A stretch of DNA of 64,000 bases from Chloroflexota bacterium (GTDB lineage: Bacteria > Chloroflexota > UBA5177). Where the stretch lies: contig DATGJB010000055.1 of assembly GCA_035295425.1 (NCBI GenBank), positions 33,698 to 97,697 of the forward strand, written 5' to 3'. The position numbers were made by a program, and so were the translations under genes. This document shows positions 54,884-64,000 of the stretch, piece after piece. Below the pieces are notes generated by a model. It saw nothing but the letters and a program-made list of their open reading frames with translations. It did no database searches and was not told where the DNA came from. The first letter of the stretch is position 1. The number at the start of each line of letters is the position of its first letter.

Positions 54884-56182
54884 TCAACGGTGGTCGGACG
54901 AGATGCTCCCGGCCGGGCTGATCCCCCCTGAGGTAACAGCAGTCTCGGTCGTGTCCCCGGCGATGGATCGCAGCACGAGTGCCAGCCGAATCTGGACCGC
55001 CTCGTCAAAGCAGCGCGGGTCGAGCCCGGCAAGCGATGCGATTTTGTCCAGCCGGTAGCTCAGCGTGTTGCGGTGGATGGAAAGCTGCCTCGAGGTGGCG
55101 GACGGGCAGCAGTTGTTGGCGAAGAAGGCGTCGAGCGTGGCCAGCAGCTCCGGCTCGTGGTCGAGCGGACTGAGCAGATAGCGGGCCAGGTCGATCTTGG
55201 TGCGCTCGTCGGACACTCCGACAAAGGCGGCGATTCCCAGGCGGTCCAGGCAGTGGACACCGTTCGGCGCGTACAGGCGCCGGCCCAGCGACAGAGCGAC
55301 GCGCGCGTCCTGGTACGAGCGGGCGAGACCGTCCAGCCCAGGATGATGCCGTCCGATTCCGATGCTGATAGACGACCGGCACTTCACGGGCACCCTGGCT
55401 CGCAGCTGCCGGAGCAGCGCCTCACCGGCCCGCTGGAGAGCCGCCAGGTTGGCCCACGATGGGTTGGAGCTGTCCTCCTGCCGGTCCCGGACGACCCAGC
55501 GGCTGAGGTTTCGCTTATTGCTCGCCTTGAGCACGACGACCTCGCCGTCACCCAGGTAGGCGCAGATCGTCTCGGTCGGCAGCTCGAAGAACTCGACGAC
55601 GCTGCCGATGATGACCTGGGCCCGCTGGCGAACCAGCTGTTCCGATGGCGGCTGCGGGTCTTGCCGGCCGGTCTGCAAGATCCAGCTGGCGGCATCGATT
55701 ACGATGACCGCGCGAGGAGGCGCCAGATCCATGCCGAGAATCTGCGCCTCGCGCAAGATCGCCGCCTCATCCTCGGTCGCGCCGTGGAGCAGCTTGTGGA
55801 TAAAGGTGTTCTTCAACTCGAGCTTGTTCGGTAAGCGATCGACCACCGCGGTCTGATCGACGACCAGCTCGACGAGGGAGCGTGCCAGCCGCGGCGAGAT
55901 TACCTCGCCATCCTGCTGCCCGACGATGATCACACGGCGAGACTGATTGTCGAGCCGGACGGGGACTTCGAGGTACTCCGCGCCGGCGCTGTCCCGGGTC
56001 GGGTCGAACAGCACCCCGACGAGATCGGACTCGCTGCTGGCGACGACGACGCCGCGCTCATCCACCACAGACACCTCCGCGGAGAGAAGGTCGGCGGTCC
56101 GCTCGGCGATGACGGTGGCAGCTTGTTCGAACTCCCGTGTGACGATGGCCAGGAGGTATCTCCTCTCAACGGGCAGCCACAA
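54884..56182 (-). CDS. CdaR/PucR-family transcriptional regulator
   Basis: C-terminal PucR HTH (SATSRQLSIHRNTLSYRLDKI), GGDEF-like/sugar-diacid-recognition N-terminal region. Confidence 0.75.
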   Translation of the reverse strand: MWLPVERRYLLAIVTREFEQAATVIAERTADLLSAEVSVVDERGVVVASSESDLVGVLFDPTRDSAGAEYLEVPVRLDNQSRRVIIVGQQDGEVISPRLARSLVELVVDQTAVVDRLPNKLELKNTFIHKLLHGATEDEAAILREAQILGMDLAPPRAVIVIDAASWILQTGRQDPQPPSEQLVRQRAQVIIGSVVEFFELPTETICAYLGDGEVVVLKASNKRNLSRWVVRDRQEDSSNPSWANLAALQRAGEALLRQLRARVPVKCRSSISIGIGRHHPGLDGLARSYQDARVALSLGRRLYAPNGVHCLDRLGIAAFVGVSDERTKIDLARYLLSPLDHEPELLATLDAFFANNCCPSATSRQLSIHRNTLSYRLDKIASLAGLDPRCFDEAVQIRLALVLRSIAGDTTETAVTSGGISPAGSISSDHR

Positions 56183-56337
56183 AGGGCAGGGAAGCCCGCT
56201 CTGTGAGTCTCTGCATCTGGGAACGCAGGACGCACAGCAGAAACTGTGCCAGTGGTTACCGGCCCGGTTTCAGGTGGGATCGCCCGTACGCACTCGCTTG
56301 CGAGGCGTGGCGCGGGATGAGAAGAGAGCTCCCGGGC

Positions 56338-56658
56338 CTAGCCGGCCCGCCCCGAGCGCTGCGCCAGCTCCTCCAGAACGTCAGGCCGGAACATACCGAC
56401 CTGCAGCTGACTGAAGTACCTCAGCGGTTTGTCCCAGGCGATCTCGTACGTGTACGGCTTGCGATCGCGCTGGACCCGGACGTAGCCTTCCTGTTCCAGC
56501 TCGGTCAGATGCCGCTGCACGGTCCGCATCGTCACGTCAAGTTTGCGCGCCAGGCTCTCCTGAGCCATGCGGGGGTTCTTCGCCAGCTCGTTCACGATTC
56601 GCGCGTACAGCGTGACGAACGTGACCCCCTGGTCTTCCTGCTGTTCCATATGCCCCAT
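56338..56658 (-). CDS. Winged helix-turn-helix transcriptional regulator (MarR/TrmB-like)
   Basis: HTH SLARKLDVTMRTVQRHLTELEQEGYV; TAGAAT -10 hexamer about 38 nt upstream of the ATG. Confidence 0.6.
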   Translation of the reverse strand: MGHMEQQEDQGVTFVTLYARIVNELAKNPRMAQESLARKLDVTMRTVQRHLTELEQEGYVRVQRDRKPYTYEIAWDKPLRYFSQLQVGMFRPDVLEELAQRSGRAG

Positions 56659-56739
56659 CCTTCATATACACGGCTCCCTAGGCGAGCCGCGTGATATTCT
56701 ACCCACCGATCCTGAAGTGGCCCTAAGCCGGTTTCTCGG

Positions 56740-56768
56740 TTACCCCGTGCTCAGCCCGCTGGTAGAAT
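56740..56768 (+). promoter_or_regulatory. Sigma-70-like promoter TTACCC-N17-TAGAAT for the IF-1-like gene
   Basis: Hexamers read directly, 22 nt upstream of ATG 56790; GGAGAAGGG RBS follows. Confidence 0.45.
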
Positions 56769-56789
56769 CGCCCGGAGAAGGGAAACAGG

Positions 56790-57023
56790 ATGCGAGAGGG
56801 GCCTAGCGGGCAAGATGACACGCTGACGGCCGAGGGGCGGGTCGTGGATACTCTGCCGCATGCCATGTTCGCGGTAGAGCTCACGAACGGGCAGCGGATC
56901 CTCAGCCGGCTATCCGGTGATCTGCTCACCCGTGGCCTCCGGATCGTGCCCGGTGATCGGGTTACCCTCCAGCTCTATCCCTACGATCACAGCCGGGGAC
57001 GAATCACGCGCCGCCACGATTAG
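56790..57023 (+). CDS. Translation initiation factor IF-1-like S1/OB-fold protein (divergent infA paralog)
   Basis: EGRVVDTLPHAMFAVELTNGQRILSRLSGDLLTRGLRIVPGDRVTLQLYPYDHSRGRITRR aligns along full length with IF-1 but is clearly diverged and sits outside any ribosomal-protein context. Confidence 0.65.
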   Translation: MREGPSGQDDTLTAEGRVVDTLPHAMFAVELTNGQRILSRLSGDLLTRGLRIVPGDRVTLQLYPYDHSRGRITRRHD

Positions 57024-57174
57024 GCAGCGGGCGCTCTGCGGCGTTGGGCGTGGCGAGGGAAGTAGCCCGTATCAAAGGAATGATTCCAGGGGCCTTATCC
57101 ACCGCATTGGAAGATGGCAAAAATGTTTCGGCTCTGCTATTGTTAACAGACTCGCATCCTATTAGAGGCTCCGT

Positions 57175-58053
57175 ATGTCACACTCGTTTCCGCTTGGTGT
57201 TCGTGTCGGTGGCTCCGCGCTGCCGGATGGCGTGATGATGCTGACCCCGCTGGCAGCGGCGATCGCCCGTACCGGCCCCGACGGCTTCTCGGTTGAGTCC
57301 TTTCCGCTGCCGCAGCGCACCCCGCATCCGATTGAGAAGCTGCCGTTCATCCGCATCGTTCCCAAGCTCGTCTCCCAGATGTCGCTCGTGGTGCGAGGCT
57401 GGAAGCCGAGAACGGCTCGGTTTCCGGCTCCCGTCATCGCGGCCGCGTTGAGCATCGGCGTGCTCTCCATGCTGCTCAATGTCAGTCTGACCCGGCTGCC
57501 CGCCGTGTGGCACGCGGTTGGCTCCTCGCTGCTTCAGCTTGCTCTGTTCTTCGGGCTGATTGGGGCGACTCGCCTCGTCCCGCAATTGGGACGCATCTGG
57601 CGCTTCCACGGTGGGGAGCACCAGGCGATTGCCGCCTACGAATCGGGGATGGATCTGACCGTTGAGAACGCGAGAACGCGCACCCTATACCATCCCCGCT
57701 GCGGGACCAATCTGGCCACACTTTCCATCATCCTGATGGTGCCGGGTATGGTGGTGGGATCGGTCGTCCCCGGCTTCCTCGGCTATCTCATCACGGTTGC
57801 GGTACCGCTGCCGGCGCTGTGCGTGGCGTTCGAGATCGTCATGCTTGGCCAGAAGCGGATACGGGCCGTCCTATGGCCCGGTCTCGCCTTTCAACGTCTG
57901 ACCGTGGCGATGCCGGGGCCGGTCGAGTCGATGGCCGGGATCATGGCGCTGCAGGCCGCGCTCGTCGAGCACGAGAAGGCCGAAGCGGCGCGTCAGCGGC
58001 TGACCGAGCCGGAAATGCTGGTCTCGCGTCTGGGCGCCCGTTCCGCGCAGTAG
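57175..58053 (+). CDS. DUF1385-family protein (YqhQ-like)
   Basis: RFHGGEHQAI motif; several hydrophobic segments; AT-richer promoter-like region upstream. Confidence 0.6.
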   Translation: MSHSFPLGVRVGGSALPDGVMMLTPLAAAIARTGPDGFSVESFPLPQRTPHPIEKLPFIRIVPKLVSQMSLVVRGWKPRTARFPAPVIAAALSIGVLSMLLNVSLTRLPAVWHAVGSSLLQLALFFGLIGATRLVPQLGRIWRFHGGEHQAIAAYESGMDLTVENARTRTLYHPRCGTNLATLSIILMVPGMVVGSVVPGFLGYLITVAVPLPALCVAFEIVMLGQKRIRAVLWPGLAFQRLTVAMPGPVESMAGIMALQAALVEHEKAEAARQRLTEPEMLVSRLGARSAQ

Positions 58054-58178
58054 TCCCCGCAGCGCCCCGGCCGCTGAGGGCCGGAAGCGCCGACGGGGTA
58101 AGGATGGGCCGGTGCTGGGAGTCGGTGAGTGAGGAGCCGGGCACCGAGGCGTCGGCTCACGGGTCTTGAAAGGCACTC

Positions 58179-58637
58179 CTAAGGCTCGCGCTCGAGTCGC
58201 GGAGCGGGCATCTGACCTTTTCCAGCGTCTCCCGCCGCGAGCAGGAGTGGCGACACGTAGACCTCACCAGACGCGGCAAGTCGCACTGCCCGGGGCAGCT
58301 CATGCACCATCGAGCGCTTGGGCACATAGCCCAGCGCGCCACACTTGAGAGCAGCGATCACGTAGGGCTGCTCCTCATAGGCGGTGAGAATGACCACGCC
58401 GGCGCGGACCTGCTGCTCCTGGACCCACGAGACGATCTCCAGGCCCCCGATCGACGGCGGGGCAAGATCGGTGACCACGACATCCGGTTGCAGCGCTGTC
58501 ACCTTGGTAATGGCCTGCCAGGCGTCGGCTGCTTCGCCAATGACACGTACCACGCCGTCCCGGCGCAGCGTGGAACGTACCAGCTCCCGGCAGGCGGGAT
58601 CATTGTCCACCAGGAGAACGCGAATGGTTGAGGGCAT
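58179..58637 (-). CDS. Stand-alone response-regulator receiver (REC) domain protein
   Basis: RVLLVDND, phospho-acceptor region DVVVTDL, K in YVPKRS; no output domain. Confidence 0.75.
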   Translation of the reverse strand: MPSTIRVLLVDNDPACRELVRSTLRRDGVVRVIGEAADAWQAITKVTALQPDVVVTDLAPPSIGGLEIVSWVQEQQVRAGVVILTAYEEQPYVIAALKCGALGYVPKRSMVHELPRAVRLAASGEVYVSPLLLAAGDAGKGQMPAPRLEREP

Positions 58638-58921
58638 CGCGACGACCTCTCACCGCCGCATCGATCGACGACGCCGTTGGAATGAGAAACAGCCCGCGGA
58701 ACGAATCGGCGGTACCTGAGTCATTCTCATTGCCCCGGAGGCACAGCCACTATCGGGTTGCGGTCCGATATTCCCTCTAGGACGCGCCCTAGCGGTGTAG
58801 GACTTCCCGGAAGAGAGTCATTCCTTCGCGGGGCAGCGGCCGGCGGTCCGGCGGCCACGCATCGACCTTCCCCAAGTCTTGACTCAACCGGGCACAAATG
58901 CGTACTGTACAGGTCGTGACA

Positions 58922-60919
58922 ATGTCGATTCGTGTCCTCATCGTCGAGGACTCAGAGCCGGACACGGACCGGCTGGTTGCGGAGCTGCGGCGGGGCGGCT
59001 ACGACGTCACCTGGCAGCGCGTCCAGTCGGCGTGGAGCACCAGACAGGCGCTCGAGAGCCGGAACTGGGACATCGTCATCGCCGACTACAACCTGCCGCG
59101 CTTTAGCGGGCTCGAAGCGCTCGAGCTGGTTCAGGAACGGCTACCCGCACTTCCGGTGGTAATCGTCTCGGGCGCGGTTGACGAGGATGTGGCCGTCGCC
59201 GCCCTCCATATGGGCGCAACCGACTACGTCATGAAGCGCAACCTCAGCCGGCTCGTTCCGGCGGTCGAGCGGGCACTGCGCGACGCTGCTGAGCACCTCC
59301 GGCGATACCAGGCGGAGGAAGCGCTGCGGGTGAGTGAAGAGCGCTATCGCGAGCTCTTCGAGAACGCGAACGACGTGATCTTCACCATCGACCTCGAGGG
59401 TAACTTCACTTCGATCAATCGAGCCGGTGAGGCGATCAGTGGGTACTCGCGAGATCAGGTACGCGGCCTCAACATGTCTTCGGTCCTCACCGCCGAGGGG
59501 TACGAGCGTGCGCTTCAGATGCGGCAGGCAAAGCTCTCGGCGCAGGCGCCGACGCGGTACGAGCTCGAGCTGATCGCGCGCGACGGCCGGCTCGTGCCGC
59601 TCGAGCTGAGCACCCGGCTCATCGTGGAGAACGGTGTGCCGGTCGGCGTTCAGGGGATCGCGCGCGATATCACGGATCGGCGTCGCGCCGAGGCGGAGCT
59701 TCGCTCGCGCGAGCATAAGCAAGCAGTGGTGGCGAGCCTCGGGCAGCGGGCCGTGGCCACCACGAACCTCGACGCGCTGTTCGACGCCGCTGCGGAGTCT
59801 ATTGCCGGCACGCTCGACCTCGAGTACTGCTCGGTCCTGGAGCTGCTTCCGGACGGCAGCCGGCTGTTCGGTCGGGCCGGCGTGGGCTGGAAGGAGGGGG
59901 TCATTGGCCACGCCACGGTTGAGGCCGGCCCCGGCTCGCAGGCCGGGTACACCCTGCAGTCGGTCGCGCCGGTTATTGTCGAGGACGTCTCGACCGAGAC
60001 CCGATTCAGGGTGCCGCCGATCCTGCGCGACCACGACGTCACCAGCGGTCTCTCGGTGATCATCGAAGGCCCCGCCTGCCCCTTCGGCGTGCTGAGCGCA
60101 TTCTCGCGCCGGCGGCGCGTATTTACGAAGGACGATCTGCTCTTCCTTCAGGCGGTTGCCAATATCCTGGCGGCTTCGATCGAGCGCACGCGGCTGGAGC
60201 GCGAGCGTGAGCGGCACGCGCAGGAGCTGGCGGCACGGGTTCTCGAAGCGCAGGAGGCGGAACGCAAGCGAATCGCGCGTGAGCTGCATGATGAGACGGC
60301 GCAGACGCTGTCCGTGCTCCTGGCGAACCTCGACCTCTTGCGGCAGCGGATCGCGGCGGATGACCGGGAGCTGCATGCCGGATTCGTCCGGGTGGAGACG
60401 CTCGCCAAGCGGGCGCTCGACGAGACGCGTGCCCTCTCGCACGACCTTCGCCCTACCATCCTGGACGACGTTGGGCTGGTGGCGGCGCTGCGCTGGTTGG
60501 CGGTGGAGTACGAGAACACATACGGCACAACGGCGGAAGTGGATGTGGTCGGGGGGGCGCCGGCCGTGCTCAGCGCTGAGATGCAGGTCGCGCTGTTCCG
60601 CATCGCGCAGGAGGCTTTGACCAATTGCGGCAAGCACGCCTCGGCTGGTAGCGTGCGACTGGCACTGTCGTTCCCGAGCGACCGGGCGCGACTCACCGTG
60701 GAAGACGACGGTCGCGGGTTCCGGCCGGATCGGGTCCGGCAACCCTCACGTGAGGGACGCCTGGGACTCTACGGCATGCGAGAGCGTGCGGCGCTGCTCG
60801 GCGGCACCCTGGATGTGATCAGCCAGCCGGGACGGGGCACGAGTATCGTGGCCGAGGTACCGCTGGGCGCCGTTCCCGGGTCGGCGGTCGAGGCGGTTCA
60901 GGCCGGAATCGTGGGCTGA
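58922..60919 (+). CDS. Hybrid sensor: N-terminal REC, PAS, GAF, NarL-type histidine kinase (HisKA_3 + HATPase_c)
   Basis: REC (ILIVEDSEPD...DYNLP), PAS (NDVIFTIDLEGNFTSINRA), H-box ARELHDETAQ, G-box region; start at ATG 58922 (alternative 58898). Confidence 0.85.
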   Translation: MSIRVLIVEDSEPDTDRLVAELRRGGYDVTWQRVQSAWSTRQALESRNWDIVIADYNLPRFSGLEALELVQERLPALPVVIVSGAVDEDVAVAALHMGATDYVMKRNLSRLVPAVERALRDAAEHLRRYQAEEALRVSEERYRELFENANDVIFTIDLEGNFTSINRAGEAISGYSRDQVRGLNMSSVLTAEGYERALQMRQAKLSAQAPTRYELELIARDGRLVPLELSTRLIVENGVPVGVQGIARDITDRRRAEAELRSREHKQAVVASLGQRAVATTNLDALFDAAAESIAGTLDLEYCSVLELLPDGSRLFGRAGVGWKEGVIGHATVEAGPGSQAGYTLQSVAPVIVEDVSTETRFRVPPILRDHDVTSGLSVIIEGPACPFGVLSAFSRRRRVFTKDDLLFLQAVANILAASIERTRLERERERHAQELAARVLEAQEAERKRIARELHDETAQTLSVLLANLDLLRQRIAADDRELHAGFVRVETLAKRALDETRALSHDLRPTILDDVGLVAALRWLAVEYENTYGTTAEVDVVGGAPAVLSAEMQVALFRIAQEALTNCGKHASAGSVRLALSFPSDRARLTVEDDGRGFRPDRVRQPSREGRLGLYGMRERAALLGGTLDVISQPGRGTSIVAEVPLGAVPGSAVEAVQAGIVG

Positions 60920-60920
60920 C

Positions 60921-61583
60921 GTGCCGATTCGGGTCCTGCTCGCCGATGACCACGCGATCATGCGGGAGGGCTTGCGCATGGTGCTGTCGGCTCATCCCTC
61001 GATCGAGGTGGTCGGGGAGGCCGAGGACGGACACCAGGCAGTGGAGCAGGCCGGGAAGCTACGCCCAGATGTCGTGGTGATGGATATCACAATGCCCAAT
61101 CTCAATGGGCTAGAAGCAACCCGTCTGATTCGGCGCGACTTCTCCGAGGTGCAGGTCGTTATCCTCACCATGCACGATAACCGAGCCTACTACCTGGAGT
61201 TCGCCAAGGCCGGCGCCGCCGGCTGTGTCCTGAAGCGGTCGATGGGAACTGAGCTCGTGACCGCCATCGAGGCGGCGGCCCGTGGCGAGAGCTACCTGCC
61301 GCCGTCGGTTGCCGCCACGGTACTGGCGGACTACCGTCGCCTGACCGCGCGGCCAACCGGTGAACCGGGGAATCCGCTAACGGCGCGGGAGCGGGAGATC
61401 CTTCAACTGGTGGCGGAGGGGCGGACCAACCGCGAGATTGCCGATCTCCTCGTGCTCTCGATCAAGACCGTACAGGCCCACCGCGCCAACATCATGGAGA
61501 AGATCGACGCCCATGACCGTGTCGAGCTGGTGCGATATGCCGTCCGTGCCGGCTTGATTCGCGAGGACCCTGCTCCGTTCTGA
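60921..61583 (+). CDS. NarL/FixJ-family response regulator (REC + LuxR-type HTH)
   Basis: GTG start 2 nt after the kinase stop; VLLADDH, VVVMDITMP, LuxR HTH LTAREREILQLVAEGRTNREIA. Confidence 0.85.
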   Translation: MPIRVLLADDHAIMREGLRMVLSAHPSIEVVGEAEDGHQAVEQAGKLRPDVVVMDITMPNLNGLEATRLIRRDFSEVQVVILTMHDNRAYYLEFAKAGAAGCVLKRSMGTELVTAIEAAARGESYLPPSVAATVLADYRRLTARPTGEPGNPLTAREREILQLVAEGRTNREIADLLVLSIKTVQAHRANIMEKIDAHDRVELVRYAVRAGLIREDPAPF

Positions 61584-61608
61584 GACCGTATTGGCCCTGC
61601 CGTACGTC

Positions 61609-61869
61609 TCAGTGCAGATAGTCCACGACGTCGACAGCCACCGTGAGCGCGACGATCGTGCCGAGCAGTACTGCCAGCGCGCGCTGGCGCGAACCGGTCA
61701 GCCTGATCAGCCAGCCCTCGCCAGCTCGCCAGGCGCGCGAGCGCGTGATGGTCCAGAGCAGCAATCCGGCGACGACGATCGCAATGCCCCGGACACCGTG
61801 CGAGGCGATCAGCCAGACGCCGAGTACGAGTACCGCGATCAGAAGCGCGAAGCGGGTGAGTACTTGCAC
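61609..61869 (-). CDS. Small hypothetical membrane protein (86 aa, 2-3 TM)
   Basis: ORF with hydrophobic helices; no motif recognised. Confidence 0.35.
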   Translation of the reverse strand: MQVLTRFALLIAVLVLGVWLIASHGVRGIAIVVAGLLLWTITRSRAWRAGEGWLIRLTGSRQRALAVLLGTIVALTVAVDVVDYLH

Positions 61870-62021
61870 GGTGATCGGCGGCCTCTTCCGCCGCTACCTC
61901 CGGGCCGTGGCGCGCAACTGCGCCGCGACCAGCCTCAGCCACTGCATGTCCATGCCTCCCACCTCCGCGTGATTATAGAAGTCTGCGTACGATCCGGCGG
62001 GATCGGCGATAATGGTGAAGT

Positions 62022-62273
62022 ATGGAAGCGTCCGTCGTCTACCACCGTCCGCGGCATATTCAATTCACCCTTGCACGGACCCTCGAGATCGAGCCGGACT
62101 GCCCGGAATGCCCGAAGGATGATCCAGGGACCGTCGCGACCTGCCCGGACTGCGGCAGTAAGATGGCCTACCAGGGACGCGCTCGCCTGCGGAGTGGCGT
62201 GCTCGTGCACCACTTCGAATGCGTGCACTCGCATCGCGAAGTCCACAGCCTGAGTATCGTGATCTCCGAGTGA
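62022..62273 (+). CDS. Small zinc-finger protein (CPECP...CPDCG...HHFECVHSH)
   Basis: 83-aa ORF with two CxxC pairs and a His-rich C-terminal region; locally lower GC. Confidence 0.4.
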   Translation: MEASVVYHRPRHIQFTLARTLEIEPDCPECPKDDPGTVATCPDCGSKMAYQGRARLRSGVLVHHFECVHSHREVHSLSIVISE

Positions 62274-62346
62274 GCGTTGCGGGCGCTCGCGTCCGCGTGC
62301 AACATCCCGTTCGGCCGGCGATCCTCGTACCCGACAGGAGTAGACG

Positions 62347-62628
62347 ATGGCTGTTCTGACGCTCACGCTTCACCCGGGCAACGTGCTGGCCTGGCTCCTC
62401 GTCGGCCTCCTGGCCGGCGCCATTGCCGGGCGTCTTACCCGCGGCCGGGGATTCGGCTGCATCGGCGACATCGTGGTGGGATTGATCGGTTCCTTCATCG
62501 GCGGCCTCATCGTGGCGCCGTTCGTCAAGCAGACGACCACCGCCGGTTTCCTCGGCACCCTGCTGGTCGCGCTGATCGGCGCGCTGGTGTTACTTATCGG
62601 CCTGCGCGTGCTGCGCTCGATCGTCTAG
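62347..62628 (+). CDS. GlsB/YeaQ/YmgE-family stress-response membrane protein
   Basis: AGGAG RBS; family motif GFGCIGDIVVGLIGSFIGG. Confidence 0.75.
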   Translation: MAVLTLTLHPGNVLAWLLVGLLAGAIAGRLTRGRGFGCIGDIVVGLIGSFIGGLIVAPFVKQTTTAGFLGTLLVALIGALVLLIGLRVLRSIV

Positions 62629-62753
62629 GTGAAGCGTTCGAAACCCTCCGGAGCCGTGCTCGGGGGCGCCGGCCTGCGGGTGTTGAAAGGCCCTCTGCAG
62701 CGCTGTCGCAGCGGGCGCTTCCCGTCTCGTCGCCTCGGGACCCGGGCTCCCGC

Positions 62754-64000
62754 CTAGGCTACATCCACCTGATTGCGTCCGGCGGTCTTCGCGCTGTAGA
62801 GCGCTCGGTCCGCTGAGCTCAGCAATTCTTCGGGCGACACGGCATGCCGCCCCTCGGTTCCCGCCACGCCGACCGACACTGAGATGCTGACCCCTGGGGG
62901 CAAGGGCGGGGAGCCGAGCGCGGCGCTCAGCGCGCGGATCTCTTCGGCCACCGTCACGGCCTCGTGCGCATGAGTGTCGGGAAGCATCACCACGAACTCG
63001 TCTCCACCCAGCCGTGCCGAGAGGTCACCCTCGCGCAACCGCGCGCGCAGTAGCTGGGCAACAGCTTGAAGCGCCCGATCTCCAACGTCGTGGCCTTGCG
63101 CGTCGTTGAGCTGCTTCAGCCCATCTAGATCACAGAACAGGATCGAGCACGCGGAGTCGGCGCGGCGAACGCGCGCCAGCTCGCGGCGCAACGCTCCTTC
63201 AAACGAACGGCGGTTGTGCAATCCGGTGAGCGGATCGGTCATGGCCAGCCGCTGGACCTCGTCGTAGAGCCGCGCCTGTTCGACCGCCACGGCACACGCC
63301 CCGGCGAACAGCTCGAGCACCTGCACCCTGGCCAGGTCCGGATAGCGGCCATCGTGTGGCTCGTCCATCGAAACCAGGCCGATCGTCTGGCCATCTCGGC
63401 CCTGCAGCGGTATGGTCAGTGAATCGAGGGGATGCCATTCGCCCGGCGCACATCCCCGTTCCTCCGGGATGCTCAGTGCGGCGAGGAGCTCGGACGGCAC
63501 CTCGTGACGGCGGTGGTCAAAGATAAAGGAGCGGCTGACCTGCATCTCCGGACGCATCAGGTGGGCGAATACGGCGAACGGCACAGGCGCCCGTATCCGC
63601 TCCATATCATGCCGCGGGACGCCGATAAAGGCGCGCGCGTGGAGCATGTCCTCGTCGTCACGGAGGTACACGGCGGCTCGCTGGAAGCCACCGTCTGCCG
63701 TCATGGTCCGGGCGATCCTTTGCAGCACCTCGTCGAGGTTGAGCCCGTGGACCTGGGCGCTTGCTTCCAGCAAGGCCTCCAGCTGTCTCTTTTGTGTCTC
63801 GACCGTCCGGATGCGCGCCTCTTCCGCTCGGCGCTGCTGGATGGAAAGCAGTGCTCCCGCCGCGGCGTGCGCGAGCAGCTCGAGGGTGACCCGAGTATGG
63901 GGCGCAGGCAGTCGTCGCGTCGCTGGATTGCCAACGAGGATCAGACCGATGGGATTGGCCCGATCGTCCCTCACTGTGATGAAGACCAGGGGACCGAGGC
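62754..64000 (-). CDS. GAF-GGDEF diguanylate cyclase (N-terminus beyond window end)
   Basis: GGDEF motif LGGDEFVV, RxxD-type I-site region, upstream GAF domain; ORF runs off the 3' edge of the window. Confidence 0.8.
   Translation of the reverse strand, partial: LGPLVFITVRDDRANPIGLILVGNPATRRLPAPHTRVTLELLAHAAAGALLSIQQRRAEEARIRTVETQKRQLEALLEASAQVHGLNLDEVLQRIARTMTADGGFQRAAVYLRDDEDMLHARAFIGVPRHDMERIRAPVPFAVFAHLMRPEMQVSRSFIFDHRRHEVPSELLAALSIPEERGCAPGEWHPLDSLTIPLQGRDGQTIGLVSMDEPHDGRYPDLARVQVLELFAGACAVAVEQARLYDEVQRLAMTDPLTGLHNRRSFEGALRRELARVRRADSACSILFCDLDGLKQLNDAQGHDVGDRALQAVAQLLRARLREGDLSARLGGDEFVVMLPDTHAHEAVTVAEEIRALSAALGSPPLPPGVSISVSVGVAGTEGRHAVSPEELLSSADRALYSAKTAGRNQVDVA

Noticed and set aside
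58690-58750. Imperfect hairpin (GGAATGAGAA ... TTCTCATTGCC, about 35-nt loop) in the divergent promoter region between the REC gene and the hybrid kinase
   Set aside because: Only an 8-bp perfect stem with a long loop. This is insufficient to call a regulatory RNA element.
59141-60742. 533-aa minus-strand ORF
   Set aside because: Antisense to the hybrid sensor kinase gene.
1-64000. Screen for CRISPR arrays, rRNA and tRNA genes
   Set aside because: No regularly spaced identical repeats with unique spacers were found. No stretch shows rRNA-like conservation or cloverleaf-compatible tRNA features in the intergenic regions inspected.

Overview
This is a high-GC (about 70%) bacterial chromosomal window, most likely from an actinobacterial- or Chloroflexi-type genome. 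Genes carry GGAGG-type ribosome-binding sites and frequently overlap by ATGA or GTGA at start/stop junctions. I found no rRNA, tRNA or CRISPR array. The gene content is a mix of sugar catabolism, a large glycan-biosynthesis region and signalling genes.

Sugar catabolism: two DppD/DppF-like ABC ATPases lead into a GH1 beta-glucosidase. There is also a xylulokinase, a GH42 beta-galactosidase and a trehalose synthase.

Glycan biosynthesis: the dominant feature is a ten-gene minus-strand operon (40534..50383) with almost every start/stop junction overlapping. It encodes gmhA, gmhB, hldE, two GT9 heptosyltransferases, two GT4 glycosyltransferases, an SDR oxidoreductase, hddA and a second gmhA. Nearby are a convergent UDP-xylose synthase / UDP-glucose 6-dehydrogenase pair and a tandem of GT2 glycosyltransferases that includes a fused double-GT2 protein.

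Smaller elements of interest:
- A compact minus-strand operon of five tiny genes: an RHH regulator, three small tail-anchored membrane proteins (two of them paralogs) and an lmo0937-family membrane protein. It ends in a clean hairpin plus U-tract terminator.
- A roughly 300-bp MITE-like element with 52-bp terminal inverted repeats.
- A REP-associated tyrosine transposase (RAYT) flanked by GTAG-type REP palindromes.
- A MerR-type regulator with a perfect 20-bp palindrome inside a 19-bp-spacer promoter, aimed at a divergent operon of small cysteine-containing proteins.
- A VapBC toxin-antitoxin pair with operator repeats.
- A bacterial type IB topoisomerase translationally coupled to an FRG-domain protein.
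- A divergent IF-1 paralog paired with a wHTH regulator.
- A DUF929 thioredoxin-like protein with a membrane partner.

Signalling genes include a triple-GAF sensor kinase, a hybrid REC-PAS-GAF sensor kinase with a NarL-family response regulator, and GGDEF/EAL proteins.
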